Origin: Escherichia phage Ec_MI-02
Length of the DNA stretch: 64,000 nt
Sequence record: OP856590.1
Strand: one strand, 5' to 3'
Below, one piece after another: positions 8,646-18,497 of this stretch. The position numbers were made by a program, and so were the translations under genes. Under the pieces are notes generated by a model. That model searched no databases, was not told where the DNA came from, and saw nothing but the letters and a program-made list of their open reading frames with translations. Positions within the stretch are counted from its first letter, which is position 1, and each line of letters begins with the position of its first letter.

Positions 8646-9474
8646 TTATATATTTCCAATTATAGCCTTCAACACTTTTACGTTCGCCATTTAAACATTT
8701 TAAAATATTTCCTTTGCTAGAAATATTAAAATATTTTGCTGCGTCTGGTATATAATTAAATGTTTTTAAAAGAACACCATCTTTGTATGCGCCAAATAAA
8801 TTAAGAGTATATTTTTCTCGAAGACGCTGATGTTTCCTTTTCATAACCTCAGGATTTGCATACGCCAGCTTTAATGAATTTCTATGTTTTTCTTTTACTT
8901 CAGGTTTTTGCATTGCTAACTTAGTTAGCCTGGAAATTTTATTTCTAACTTTATCAGTTTTCATTGCATTTGACAAATTTAATAAAGTTTTATTTCTAAC
9001 TTCAGGTTTTTGCATTGCTAACTTAGTTAGTTCGCTATGTCTTTTTCTAAAATCGTCATCTTTCCATATATTTTTCGATAATTTTGACATAGAGCGGTGA
9101 AATAATTCCCTTTCTTTGGAATACAGTTTAAAAATTTCATCCAATTCATCAGTATTAAATCTATCAGTATTCGAGTTTATCATTCTATGAAAGGCATAAC
9201 ACATTTTACTATTACTTGTTTTAGCTAAATAGTAATGAGCCAATGCATGGTCATAATATGACAAATTAACAATATTCCATTTATCTGTTTTATATTCAGG
9301 AAATATAGATTTGGGAAGCACGTGATGTGCTTCCGTTTTCCCCTTTATTTTAGGATTATTATAATTTTTTATTATCAAATCAACATATGACAATAATAAA
9401 TCATTATTTTCTTCAAATATTAAAGTTAATTTATCATTCACAAAATCACAGGGATAAAATCTATCGTAATTCAT
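8635..9474 (-). mobile_element. HNH-family homing endonuclease (Mob-like), between nrdD and nrdG
   Basis: 279 aa; HNH core AHHVLPKSIFPEY...NIVNLSYYDHALAH; C-terminal duplicated motif LTKLAMQKPEV (x2) from a 35-bp direct DNA repeat; first 12 codons nearly identical to nrdG start. Confidence 0.8.
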
Positions 9475-11288
9475 TGGTGTTTAACCCTATGCATGATTTC
9501 TTTATTTTTTCCAAGATTAAATCCGCGTTCATTCGGATTTCCCAAATAACCACATGTTCTTCTTATTGTGTTCATCTTTTTAGGATCAGTTTCTCCACAA
9601 ATAGAACAAACAAACCCGTTTTCAGTAGGAGTCATTTCATGGGTACTTCCACACGTAAAACATTTATCTACTGGCATGTTAACACCAAAATAATCTAAAT
9701 GTTGTGCAGCATAATCCCATACAGCCTCAAGACCTTTTAGGTTATTTTTCATATCAGGAAGTTCAACATAAGAAATGTGACCACCTGTCGCAATGAAATG
9801 ATATGGTGCTTCGCGAGAAATCTTTTCAAACGGAGTGATATTTTCTTCTACTGAAACATGGAAACTGTTAGTGTACCATCCTTTATCAGTAACATCTTTT
9901 ACACTTCCATATTTTTCAGTATCAAGTTTACAGAAGCGATAACAAAGGTTTTCAGCAGGTGTAGAATACAAACTAAAAGCAAAACCGGTTCTTTCAGTCC
10001 ACTGCTTAAGACGAGCATTCATTTTAGTTAAAATTTCTTGTCCAATATCACGACCGACAAGAATATTCAATTCGTGAATACCAATGTATCCCAAAGACAC
10101 TGAACTTCTACCGTTTTTAAATAACTCAATTATATCATCATCGGGTTTAAGACGAACCCCGAATGCACCTTCTTGGTAAAGAATAGGAGCAACAGTCGCT
10201 TTAACTCCTTTTAAAGAATTAATTCTACACATCAAAGCTTCAAAGCATAAATCCATTCGCTCATTGAACAATTCGGCAAATTTTTGTTCATTGAACTGTG
10301 TTCCAATATAAGAATCTAACGCAATGCGAGGAAGATTCAGTGTTACAACACCAAGATTATTACGTCCATCAAGAATTTCATTACCAGTCGAATCTTTCCA
10401 TACGCTCAAGAAACTACGGCAACCCATTGGAGAAACAGGAATAGATGAACCGGTGATAGCTTTATTGTTCTTAGCTGAAATAATATCAGGATACATTCTT
10501 TTGCTTGCACATTCTAGAGCAAGCTGCTTAATATCATAGTTCGGATCGTCTTTATAAAGATTAACGCCTTCTTCAACAAACATAACAAGCTTAGGGAAAA
10601 TAGGAGTTATCCCATCGCGACCAAGACCTTTAATACGATTTTTCAGAATTGCTTTCTGAATCATTCGTTCAGTCCAGTCAGTTCCCGTACCAAATGTAAT
10701 TGTTACAAAAGGCGTTTGTCCGTTTGAACTAAAGAGAGTATTTACTTCATATTCATAAGCTTGGAATGCATCGTATACGTCTTTTTCTGTTTTAGATTGG
10801 GCATAATTCAACGCATCAGCGATTTGCCATTTTTCTGCGTCCTCAATATGTTTTGCATAGGTGCGTTTAACATAAGGAGAAAGTACTTTATCTACATTCG
10901 CAAAAGTCGTTCCACCGTATTGGTGAGAAGCAACCTGTGCAGTAATTTGTGCCATAATTGCAGTAGCGACGCCGATTGATTTAGGAGTTTCAATCTGCGC
11001 ATTACCGAGCTTAAATCCGTTCTCAAGCATTCCTTTTAAATCTACTAAACAGCAATTAGTAAATGGAAGAGCAGGGGAATAATCAATATCGTGGAAATGG
11101 ATAATTCCGCTTTCATGCGCTTTCATAATAAAAGACGGGACCATATTTTTGGCAATGTGTTTAGACACAATACCGGCCATAAGGTCCCGTTGAGTTGGAA
11201 AAACACGAGAATCTTTATTAGCATTCTCGTTCAAAAGGTCTTTATTAGTTTTATGAATCAATCCTTCAATTTCTTTTTCAATTGTCAT
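9471..11288 (-). CDS. nrdD: Anaerobic ribonucleoside-triphosphate reductase, uninterrupted (no intron)
   Basis: 605 aa continuous ORF, ATG start; C-terminal glycyl-radical region and Cys-rich tail (CFTCGSTHEMTPTENGFVCSICG...RRTCGYLG); position upstream of 49. Confidence 0.95.
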   Translation of the reverse strand: MTIEKEIEGLIHKTNKDLLNENANKDSRVFPTQRDLMAGIVSKHIAKNMVPSFIMKAHESGIIHFHDIDYSPALPFTNCCLVDLKGMLENGFKLGNAQIETPKSIGVATAIMAQITAQVASHQYGGTTFANVDKVLSPYVKRTYAKHIEDAEKWQIADALNYAQSKTEKDVYDAFQAYEYEVNTLFSSNGQTPFVTITFGTGTDWTERMIQKAILKNRIKGLGRDGITPIFPKLVMFVEEGVNLYKDDPNYDIKQLALECASKRMYPDIISAKNNKAITGSSIPVSPMGCRSFLSVWKDSTGNEILDGRNNLGVVTLNLPRIALDSYIGTQFNEQKFAELFNERMDLCFEALMCRINSLKGVKATVAPILYQEGAFGVRLKPDDDIIELFKNGRSSVSLGYIGIHELNILVGRDIGQEILTKMNARLKQWTERTGFAFSLYSTPAENLCYRFCKLDTEKYGSVKDVTDKGWYTNSFHVSVEENITPFEKISREAPYHFIATGGHISYVELPDMKNNLKGLEAVWDYAAQHLDYFGVNMPVDKCFTCGSTHEMTPTENGFVCSICGETDPKKMNTIRRTCGYLGNPNERGFNLGKNKEIMHRVKHQ

Positions 11289-11758
11289 TTTAAACTCTTT
11301 CTAAGCTGCTTCTTAAATGAAGCTATTAATTGTGTTTTAGTGTCAGATTCATTATATTCAAATCCTCTTTGAAGCATCTCAGCCATCATTTCCTCTTTTC
11401 CTAAACGAGAAAATTCCTTTGATTTATCTCCAACGAAGTTAGGGTGAATATTATTTTGGGTGTAATCGGATTTTAAATAAGTAAGTAAATTTTCTAACCA
11501 TTCAAGATAATCAACGCCTTGCCCCTTTAAGCCAGAACGATTAAATTTGTGTTTCATTTGACCTTCCGCTGCATTGCAGAGATTACAGAGCAATCCACGT
11601 ACCTTTCCTGCTTTTGGTCCATTTAATTCATGGTCATGGTCAAGGTGATTAGCTTGAACATCAGGATTTAGTTCTCGTTGGCAAATTAAGCATTTACCGT
11701 TTTGTGCGTTATAAAATTTCTGTTTTTCTTCTTTGTATAATTTGCCAGTCAATAACAT
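11285..11758 (-). CDS. 49: Endonuclease VII (Holliday junction resolvase)
   Basis: 157 aa; zinc-binding CLICQ...HLDHDHELNGPKAGKVRGLLCNLCN motif; matches T4 gp49 length and sequence as recalled. Confidence 0.95.
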   Translation of the reverse strand: MLLTGKLYKEEKQKFYNAQNGKCLICQRELNPDVQANHLDHDHELNGPKAGKVRGLLCNLCNAAEGQMKHKFNRSGLKGQGVDYLEWLENLLTYLKSDYTQNNIHPNFVGDKSKEFSRLGKEEMMAEMLQRGFEYNESDTKTQLIASFKKQLRKSLK

Positions 11759-11801
11759 AATAAAACCCTTACCTTGAATAGATAAGGGTATTTATTATTT
11801 T

Positions 11802-11977
11802 CAAGTATTGTAAAACATTCGATGCAATCGCTTATATTGCCGAATCATCTTTTTAGTAGGACGAGAATAAGTTCCTACACAAGTGGTCATATTAGAGTCG
11901 GTAGGACTTCCTTTAATAAAAAGTTTCCAAACCTTACCACCATTTAACTTTTCAGTATAAATTAATTCGGTTTTCAT
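11802..11977 (-). CDS. Hypothetical small protein (58 aa, below ORF-track cutoff)
   Basis: Manual translation MKTELIYTEKLNGGKVWKLFIKGSPTDSNMTTCVGTYSRPTKKMIRQYKRLHRMFYNT; start overlaps upstream stop (TAATG). Confidence 0.3.
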
Positions 11978-12423
11978 TAAAACGCTCGGTCAGAAAAAGA
12001 ATTTTGAGTTTCAAGCCATTCAATATATTCTGCCGCAGCTTGCATCAAATTTCCTTCATAACCATCGTTATTTTCTTGTGCAGCTAATTTAGCTAATGCA
12101 TATGAAATGCGTTCACCTTGAAAAGCGGCTTTAGGTTTATGAATAACTTGATCAACTCGTTCTACGACCTCTTCAATTTCGCCATTTTCTACTGATTCAG
12201 TATTCCATAAGCACCAATAGGCAGTTGGCTTATCGTAGATGTTAATAATCTTTCCACCAGAAAGTTCAATTTCAATAATTCCAGTATCAGGTTCTATATC
12301 ATCTTCACATTCTTTTACAAGTTCACGAACTTTAAAGACAGTACCTGCACCAAGTTCCGGCCAGTAATTACACAGCTCTTTATCAGCACGATTAATTTTA
12401 AACCACTTATCTACTGCAATCAT
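11977..12423 (-). CDS. Hypothetical acidic protein (T4 pin/49.x region)
   Basis: ORF track starts at TTG 12441; ATG at 12423 with GGAG RBS gives 148 aa. Identity with T4 Pin not verifiable from memory. Confidence 0.55.
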   Translation of the reverse strand: MIAVDKWFKINRADKELCNYWPELGAGTVFKVRELVKECEDDIEPDTGIIEIELSGGKIINIYDKPTAYWCLWNTESVENGEIEEVVERVDQVIHKPKAAFQGERISYALAKLAAQENNDGYEGNLMQAAAEYIEWLETQNSFSDRAF

Positions 12424-12546
12424 ATCCCATCTCCATATCAATTAAGTCGTTTATCGTTGGTTCATTATATACTGTTTCTTCATCAGTGTAAACCGGTTCT
12501 TCCGGCTCTGGCTCTACAGTTTCCCATCTAGCCGCCCACCAAGGTT

Positions 12547-12867
12547 TTATAGCGTAATCCATTCTCGTATTGTCTGAGTTACTACACGTTCATGGGGCTC
12601 GACTAGTTCAACAGTCGGAACTGCATAATACCAGTCAGAATGGTAAGAACCTGAGCGAGTTTCATTTACAGACACATGAACGTTATGTTTTGGACTAAAA
12701 TAAACACACTGACGATATTGGCATTTGCCATCTTGTACCCAATCTTCTATTTCGACAGGTTTAAGATAATCCGAAAAATCGAAATCATAATTTTCTGAAA
12801 ATCCATCATGGTCTTCGATGATTTCGCTCAGAACTGCATCAACATCTAATTTATTTTCAATATTCAT
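12547..12867 (-). CDS. Hypothetical acidic protein
   Basis: 106-aa ORF with ATG start. Confidence 0.55.
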   Translation of the reverse strand: MNIENKLDVDAVLSEIIEDHDGFSENYDFDFSDYLKPVEIEDWVQDGKCQYRQCVYFSPKHNVHVSVNETRSGSYHSDWYYAVPTVELVEPHERVVTQTIREWITL

Positions 12868-12877
12868 TTTTCACCAA

Positions 12878-13087
12878 TTAATTTCGCAATTTATTAAGTT
12901 CTTCATAATCAATCCAGGATTCTAGTCCTGATGGCAAATCAGATTCAATTTCCCAAAGAAGTTCTTCAATTTTCTGAAGACGATCTAGTTCTTCAGCTGG
13001 AATAGTAACCATTGATGGAGCTCTTGATACACTAATATCGTAAATCATATTTACCCCAGTTTGACCATACAATCGCCATATTTCCAT
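12878..13087 (-). CDS. Hypothetical small protein
   Basis: 69-aa ORF; overlaps upstream ORF by 37 nt, so alternative start ATG 13048 (56 aa) is possible. Confidence 0.45.
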   Translation of the reverse strand: MEIWRLYGQTGVNMIYDISVSRAPSMVTIPAEELDRLQKIEELLWEIESDLPSGLESWIDYEELNKLRN

Positions 13088-13266
13088 TTAGAAATAGACT
13101 TTTCACCATTAGAATAATAAACTTCGAGTTTAGCGCGGCCATTTTTAATTTGAATAACCTTTGCTGTCATCAAAGTTCCATATCCATAATAAACTGCAAC
13201 CTCATCACCTACATATACCGCGCTTCCGCGGTAGTCATGGATATAATCAGTTCTTTCGAGCATCAT
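13051..13266 (-). CDS. Hypothetical small protein
   Basis: 71-aa ORF, ATG start, start overlaps nrdC stop. Confidence 0.45.
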   Translation of the reverse strand: MMLERTDYIHDYRGSAVYVGDEVAVYYGYGTLMTAKVIQIKNGRAKLEVYYSNGEKSISKWKYGDCMVKLG

Positions 13267-13526
13267 TTAAAGTATTCCCGCAATTGATCAAATCCACCAA
13301 TATGACTTCCATCAGGAGCAAATACTTGTGGCATTGTCAAACCAATTTGAGTATCACGACCTAGTTTCGTCAGAAGCTCAGCGATTTTCTCATCATCAAA
13401 AACACCTTTTTCCGGCATAATATTGATAAATTCAAACGGCTGTTTCTTCACAGTCAAAAGACGTTTTGCATTATCGCAATACACACATTTGTGGATGTTG
13501 CTATCATAACCATATACTTTAAACAT
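13263..13526 (-). CDS. nrdC: Phage thioredoxin/glutaredoxin
   Basis: 87 aa MFKVYGYDSNIHKCVYCDNAKRLL... with CVYC active site; matches T4 NrdC as recalled. Confidence 0.95.
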   Translation of the reverse strand: MFKVYGYDSNIHKCVYCDNAKRLLTVKKQPFEFINIMPEKGVFDDEKIAELLTKLGRDTQIGLTMPQVFAPDGSHIGGFDQLREYFK

Positions 13527-13527
13527 A

Positions 13528-13770
13528 TTATTCCTTAATTCCTAGTACTTGTTTAAAAGTCTCGTCGTAATCAAGACTTTGGCCCGTTTGTTCTTTATGT
13601 TTGTATATAATATCACTTACTTCTGATAGCATATTTTTATATGAACGAGTTAAAGCAGATTTAAGCACGCTGTATCTATCAGGAAATTTACCATGTTCAT
13701 TATAATACGCTATTGCTAATTCACGGACTGCCTTTTCAGCAGTCTCCATATATTCTTTACGCTTTGTCAT
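13528..13770 (-). CDS. Hypothetical protein
   Basis: 80-aa ORF, ATG start, tightly packed after the upstream gene. Confidence 0.5.
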
Positions 13771-14074
13771 TTTCTTCTCGGTTAAATCGGTGTTTGCAAT
13801 GACGGCATTTATAACGAAGAATACTAGTCTGCCAATGAATTAATTGAACCTGTTCAGTACCGCATTCAGGGCAATTAGGAACGTTTTTAGAAGCCCTTTC
13901 GCGACGTTCAACCATAGCCATAATAGCATCCCATGCTGGAGGTTTAAAATCTAAATCGTCACAACCATGAATCTTTCCACGCATTTCCAGATCGTCTTCT
14001 TCACCAGCCATAATAATTTTAATTAGACTGGAATTACTTGAAGCTGCAATATCTTCTAATAAGCGCTTTTTCAT
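13757..14074 (-). CDS. Hypothetical zinc-ribbon protein
   Basis: 105 aa; C-terminal CPECG...(17 aa)...CRHCKH four-cysteine zinc-ribbon motif. Confidence 0.55.
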
Positions 14075-15000
14075 TTCAATACCTCAATAGCATTACGTAA
14101 ACCATTTGCTTTTGCATTAAGAGCTTTTAACAATTTGGTGTGTTCGGCAATCTGGGCTTCAACTTCAATTAAACGAGCATTGAGATATTCACGTTCTTCG
14201 CTCAGGTTATCAACCTTTTCTACTTTAGGTTCTTTTACAACTGGCTTATACGTATTAGGGTTCTTCAGTTTAATTAGAATGCGTGAGCTGTATAACATTG
14301 AACCATTATCTTCGGTTTCATCATACATTTCCACTACGTCCATAATTTTTAACATCATGCGAAGTTTATAAGACAACGAACGAATAGTTTTGTTGTGCTT
14401 ATTAATTTCTTTAGCTGTCATGGTGCCGAGATTACGTGAGTAATAATAAGGAACCTGGATATTAATTAATACTGATGAACCACCTGGCTTGTGTGTTACT
14501 TCATCAGCAATAACCCAATCCTTAACATGAACTGTATTTGTACGGTCATCGCCTGCGGTAAATAGTTTGCGAGCATGCTTAAAAAGCATATTCACTTGGG
14601 TATTGAATTGACAAGCAAATTTATCAGCAAATTTAGTTTCAGGAATGGTAGATAACCAATCAGCTAAATGGGTCTTTTTAACATCGTTAACAATAGTAAA
14701 TTCAACCAAATCGGTTATAGATGTCGCAGATTTAATGAAGCTCGGCTTCATAAAGTTTTTAATGTTATCGTGAGCTACAGTAGAAGATAACATACGAGAA
14801 CGTTTAAACCATTCAAGCAAATTGCCTAACGAATGAGAATAAGCGTTTTGAGTATCTTTACAGATATGATTTTCCTGGCCAACATATTGAAGGAAATCAC
14901 GAAGAATATTATTGATTACTGCTCTGTGTCCGATCTGATAATTACGGTGTTTAGTAATAAGACTGTCAAAATAATCAATATAATGTTTACGAGTTTTCAT
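14071..15000 (-). CDS. Hypothetical protein with C-terminal coiled coil
   Basis: 309 aa; C-terminal heptad segment [41 protein letters not shown]. Confidence 0.65.
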   Translation of the reverse strand: MKTRKHYIDYFDSLITKHRNYQIGHRAVINNILRDFLQYVGQENHICKDTQNAYSHSLGNLLEWFKRSRMLSSTVAHDNIKNFMKPSFIKSATSITDLVEFTIVNDVKKTHLADWLSTIPETKFADKFACQFNTQVNMLFKHARKLFTAGDDRTNTVHVKDWVIADEVTHKPGGSSVLINIQVPYYYSRNLGTMTAKEINKHNKTIRSLSYKLRMMLKIMDVVEMYDETEDNGSMLYSSRILIKLKNPNTYKPVVKEPKVEKVDNLSEEREYLNARLIEVEAQIAEHTKLLKALNAKANGLRNAIEVLK

Positions 15001-15052
15001 GTTCTTCTCACTTGGTTAATGATTTATACTCCGAGCCATCCTTGGCTTTAAA

Positions 15053-16054
15053 TTACTTAATTAATTGTAAAGCTTGTTCAAGACGATCCAGGCGATTAAC
15101 AGATTCTTCCCAAATCTTTTTAGCCTGCTCATATTCTTTCTGCGCTTTATTAGAAATTTCTAGAACTTCCTTATAAGCTTTTTCTAATGCAATAACTTCT
15201 GAACGAATTTCTACTGGTTCAGGTGAATCATCAAGATTATCCATTAGTTCCTCAAGGGTAGTTTCTTCTTTAGGAGTATTCACAATTTCATCACATTTTT
15301 GTTGGTAAATTTCTTTATCAGTCGGTGAGTACGCACACTTTACTTCACGGAGACTAACTACAATTTTATATCCTTCCCAACCGCATATATTCTTAAAAGG
15401 ATAAGTATGAATATTTTCTACTGTTTCCATACAAAGTAATGCAGTCTCTAATTGACGAGTTATATCGCTAGCAATTGAGAAAAATTTATTGATGTTCTTT
15501 TGATTAGCTTCTGGTGTAAAAAATTCATAATTCACAAAAATAGCTGCTTTATTTTTATCAAGTTCATATTCTTTTATGATAATCATATCAGAAGCCCAAG
15601 GATGAATTTGACGATAATCGCCATAGCATAATTTAGAAGCTGATTTTAGAATTTGCTTTTTGAAAAGTCTGAAATTACTAATCCAACGACGAGTAAAAAT
15701 ATTATCAGGATCTTCTTTAATATTACGATGATATGAATTAACATCACCGAACCAATTATATCCTACTACATCTTTAGTTCGTTTAATTTCTTTCCCAAAT
15801 TTACCGAGAATATCTTGATTAACTAAATATGAAAGAAGACGAGACCTTTTAAAGGTTTCCTTAATATCATCTTTATATTCGCGACTAGAAATTTTATGAA
15901 CTTCATGAATAAATTTGCTTGAAGAAACAATACTTGCATCAGTATTATTGAGCCACTGATTGATAATAGAAAGAACACTATTCTGACTAGACATAGGTTT
16001 AACTTTATCATCAATAACGCTATTGAATGATTTGATATATTCGTTACGAGTCAT
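15053..16054 (-). CDS. Hypothetical protein, coiled-coil C-terminus, paralog of 16112..17134
   Basis: ORF track starts at TTG 16105; ATG at 16054 with GGAG RBS gives 333 aa; shares a FRxxxKQILxSASxL block with the next gene. Confidence 0.7.
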   Translation of the reverse strand: MTRNEYIKSFNSVIDDKVKPMSSQNSVLSIINQWLNNTDASIVSSSKFIHEVHKISSREYKDDIKETFKRSRLLSYLVNQDILGKFGKEIKRTKDVVGYNWFGDVNSYHRNIKEDPDNIFTRRWISNFRLFKKQILKSASKLCYGDYRQIHPWASDMIIIKEYELDKNKAAIFVNYEFFTPEANQKNINKFFSIASDITRQLETALLCMETVENIHTYPFKNICGWEGYKIVVSLREVKCAYSPTDKEIYQQKCDEIVNTPKEETTLEELMDNLDDSPEPVEIRSEVIALEKAYKEVLEISNKAQKEYEQAKKIWEESVNRLDRLEQALQLIK

Positions 16055-16082
16055 ATTAATCTCCTCAGTAGAAAGTAAGAAC

Positions 16083-16112
16083 ATTATACCACATCCTTGT
16101 GGCAAAGTAAAC
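16083..16112 (-). promoter_or_regulatory. T4-type early promoter
   Basis: Minus strand GTTTACT-17 bp-TGG TATAAT, upstream of the ATG at 16054. Confidence 0.55.
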
Positions 16113-17134
16113 TAGTTCAGTGCATTTAGTGCATTGTTCAGTTTAGAACGTTGCTTTGTCAGATTTTGAACCCTTGACTGAGCTTGTTCTAACACCTTTT
16201 CAGCTTCTAGCACTTCATTGGTCGCTTTAACGAGTTCATCATCTACTGCCTTAAGAGACTTCTTAATCGCGTCAGCGTGCCATTTTTCTACAGGTTTAAA
16301 ATTTGAATTTTCAGTAGGAAGAAAACTCACTTTATTAAGTTTACATGCATCTATATTGCTTGAGCTATACATCCAAAATTTAGGATCGTTTGATGAGTAA
16401 TTGGATAAATTTAAGTTATCTTGCACTTCCTGCTTTTTCTCTTGCGGGATTTCGTCCTTTCTCAAAAAATCGTATTTAAATGAAACGATCATATCAAGTT
16501 CATATGTTGTTGTGTCTAATTTAAATCGCTCAAAACGAGGTAAAATCTTAGACTGAACAGCGGCAACAACATCCATATACTTAAATGCTTCTGTCAACTG
16601 CGATTTAAGGCATTCGCAAATTGAAAGAGAATTTTTTGTATTAGGTTTAAAGCTAATTCGCGCAGTTCTGTTATTTTCTTTTAATGGTCTTACTTCCATC
16701 TGAAGAGTATAACCATCAAATTTCAGGTTCTTTAAGTTAATGTCAGAACCTTTTAATCGACTAGCAGTCGACAAAATTTGCTTTAATTGTCTACGGAACA
16801 GAGCAATAAATCTCCATTCAATACGATAATGATTTGGATTGAAAAATCCAGATGATAAATCGACCTTACTTTGACCAACGCCTTGAACAAATAGAGGATT
16901 TTTATAATCAATAGTTTTACAGAAATCTGTGAGCTGCTCACGAGCAGTCATTTGTGTAATATACCCCGCTTTACTAAAATTACTCACCCATTCACTGCTA
17001 TTTAGATATTTAAAGTGATGAATAGCACGATTAACTTTATCAGGGTCTAAATTATTTTCACACAAAAATGTCATAACATTACGAGTATCGCTGGCAGTAC
17101 GAACCATATCTTCAATTTGAGAACGAGTTTTCAT
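16112..17134 (-). CDS. Hypothetical protein, coiled-coil C-terminus, paralog of 15053..16054
   Basis: 340 aa, ATG start; C-terminal heptads (EAEKVLEQAQSRVQNLTKQRSKLNNALNALN). Confidence 0.7.
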   Translation of the reverse strand: MKTRSQIEDMVRTASDTRNVMTFLCENNLDPDKVNRAIHHFKYLNSSEWVSNFSKAGYITQMTAREQLTDFCKTIDYKNPLFVQGVGQSKVDLSSGFFNPNHYRIEWRFIALFRRQLKQILSTASRLKGSDINLKNLKFDGYTLQMEVRPLKENNRTARISFKPNTKNSLSICECLKSQLTEAFKYMDVVAAVQSKILPRFERFKLDTTTYELDMIVSFKYDFLRKDEIPQEKKQEVQDNLNLSNYSSNDPKFWMYSSSNIDACKLNKVSFLPTENSNFKPVEKWHADAIKKSLKAVDDELVKATNEVLEAEKVLEQAQSRVQNLTKQRSKLNNALNALN

Positions 17135-17142
17135 GGTGTTCC

Positions 17143-18033
17143 TTAAGATTTAAGTAAATCAATAATTTTAATTAACTTTTCACGCTCAGATTTAGCTTTA
17201 CTACTCAATCCAGATAGTCTGAAAATTTCATCATCATATTGTTGAATGGAAATATTCAGCTCTTCAATCTGTTTATTAAAATAATCAATTTGTTCAGAAT
17301 GTTTTTCGTTACTACGAACTGGTACAGGTTTTGTAGGCAATTTAGTTGAACTGGATTCATCCGGGCGATAAATTAAAATACAACTTGAACCAATAGGGCA
17401 TTTTGCACCAGATGAATATTCTAATGTTCCAGCTTCTTTTAAAACTTCAAAAGCTAAACAGAGATGATGACCCATATTGACATAATCTGTAGAGTGAGCT
17501 CTGATGTAATAATCAATGCCACGAGTACTAAATTTAAAGCATTTAAGGTCTTCTGTATTATTGGTCTTAAAAATCATTTGTTTATCTAGACCTTTAGCTA
17601 ATCGAGCGCCTAATGCTAATAATCGTCGTTGATTTTCCCACAAATCCGCAATCATTTGATCGAATGATAATTTTGGCATTAGTCGACCATAAAGGTCATA
17701 TCCTTTATTATAATTACGAAGGATTTCACTCGCGTTAATACGAGACAATGCTCCAATTTTATTAAGGGCTTTCATAATGCGATTAGATAAACTCATTCCA
17801 GACCCATTTGTTCGCTGCAAATGTTTTTCTAATCCAAATCCAATATCAACTTTAAACTTATCTAAAATTTCTGCATGAACATCTCTGTCAATAACATTCA
17901 AATCCAAAGTTGGGTTAAATCTATGAAAAAATTTATCCGGCTCTCCACGGCGAAATACAGTCCATTCATTCATCATTTTTTTATTAACTAAAGATTTAAT
18001 TACTGCATTGACATTATTAATTACTACTGACAT
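17143..18033 (-). CDS. Hypothetical protein, coiled-coil C-terminus
   Basis: ORF track starts at TTG 18048; ATG at 18033 with GAGGAAAA RBS gives 296 aa. Confidence 0.65.
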   Translation of the reverse strand: MSVVINNVNAVIKSLVNKKMMNEWTVFRRGEPDKFFHRFNPTLDLNVIDRDVHAEILDKFKVDIGFGLEKHLQRTNGSGMSLSNRIMKALNKIGALSRINASEILRNYNKGYDLYGRLMPKLSFDQMIADLWENQRRLLALGARLAKGLDKQMIFKTNNTEDLKCFKFSTRGIDYYIRAHSTDYVNMGHHLCLAFEVLKEAGTLEYSSGAKCPIGSSCILIYRPDESSSTKLPTKPVPVRSNEKHSEQIDYFNKQIEELNISIQQYDDEIFRLSGLSSKAKSEREKLIKIIDLLKS

Positions 18034-18040
18034 ATTTTCC

Positions 18041-18442
18041 TCACTCAATTTTACTAATTACGCGAAATAAGATTGAACAGACTATATAAGTACCGCATAT
18101 AGACTGAACTAATGCCATTCCAAAGAACCAAATAATATTATCAAACCATGTCTGTTTTACGTCGAAAGGACGTAAACTTACAGTAATATTATCACCTTTT
18201 TCTATTGAAGAATACATCTCTGGGGAAATATATTCACTAAATCTATAACCGTCTTTGAGTTCATATACGGCAATAAACGATAAACTAGACCCTTTTCCTT
18301 GTGTTCCTGTAATGGTATTAACTACAGTAACATCATAATCTTTATAATGCATATAATCATTAATTGCGTAATAACCATATGCAATTACTACACATAAACA
18401 ACATATCAATAAATTCAATCTTTTAATTATCAACTGTTTCAT
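18041..18442 (-). CDS. Hypothetical membrane protein
   Basis: 133 aa, ATG start; hydrophobic N- and C-terminal segments. Confidence 0.6.
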   Translation of the reverse strand: MKQLIIKRLNLLICCLCVVIAYGYYAINDYMHYKDYDVTVVNTITGTQGKGSSLSFIAVYELKDGYRFSEYISPEMYSSIEKGDNITVSLRPFDVKQTWFDNIIWFFGMALVQSICGTYIVCSILFRVISKIE

Positions 18443-18497
18443 AATAATCTCAATTAAAAGGGCTTAGAACCATTATACCATCCTTGGTATAAAGCGG

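Noticed and set aside
8635-8680. Whether the nrdG-like N-terminus of the HNH ORF reflects a frameshifted or split nrdG
   Set aside because: A complete 156-aa nrdG with its own ATG and intact cysteine cluster lies immediately downstream, so the similarity is a short duplication, not a disrupted gene.
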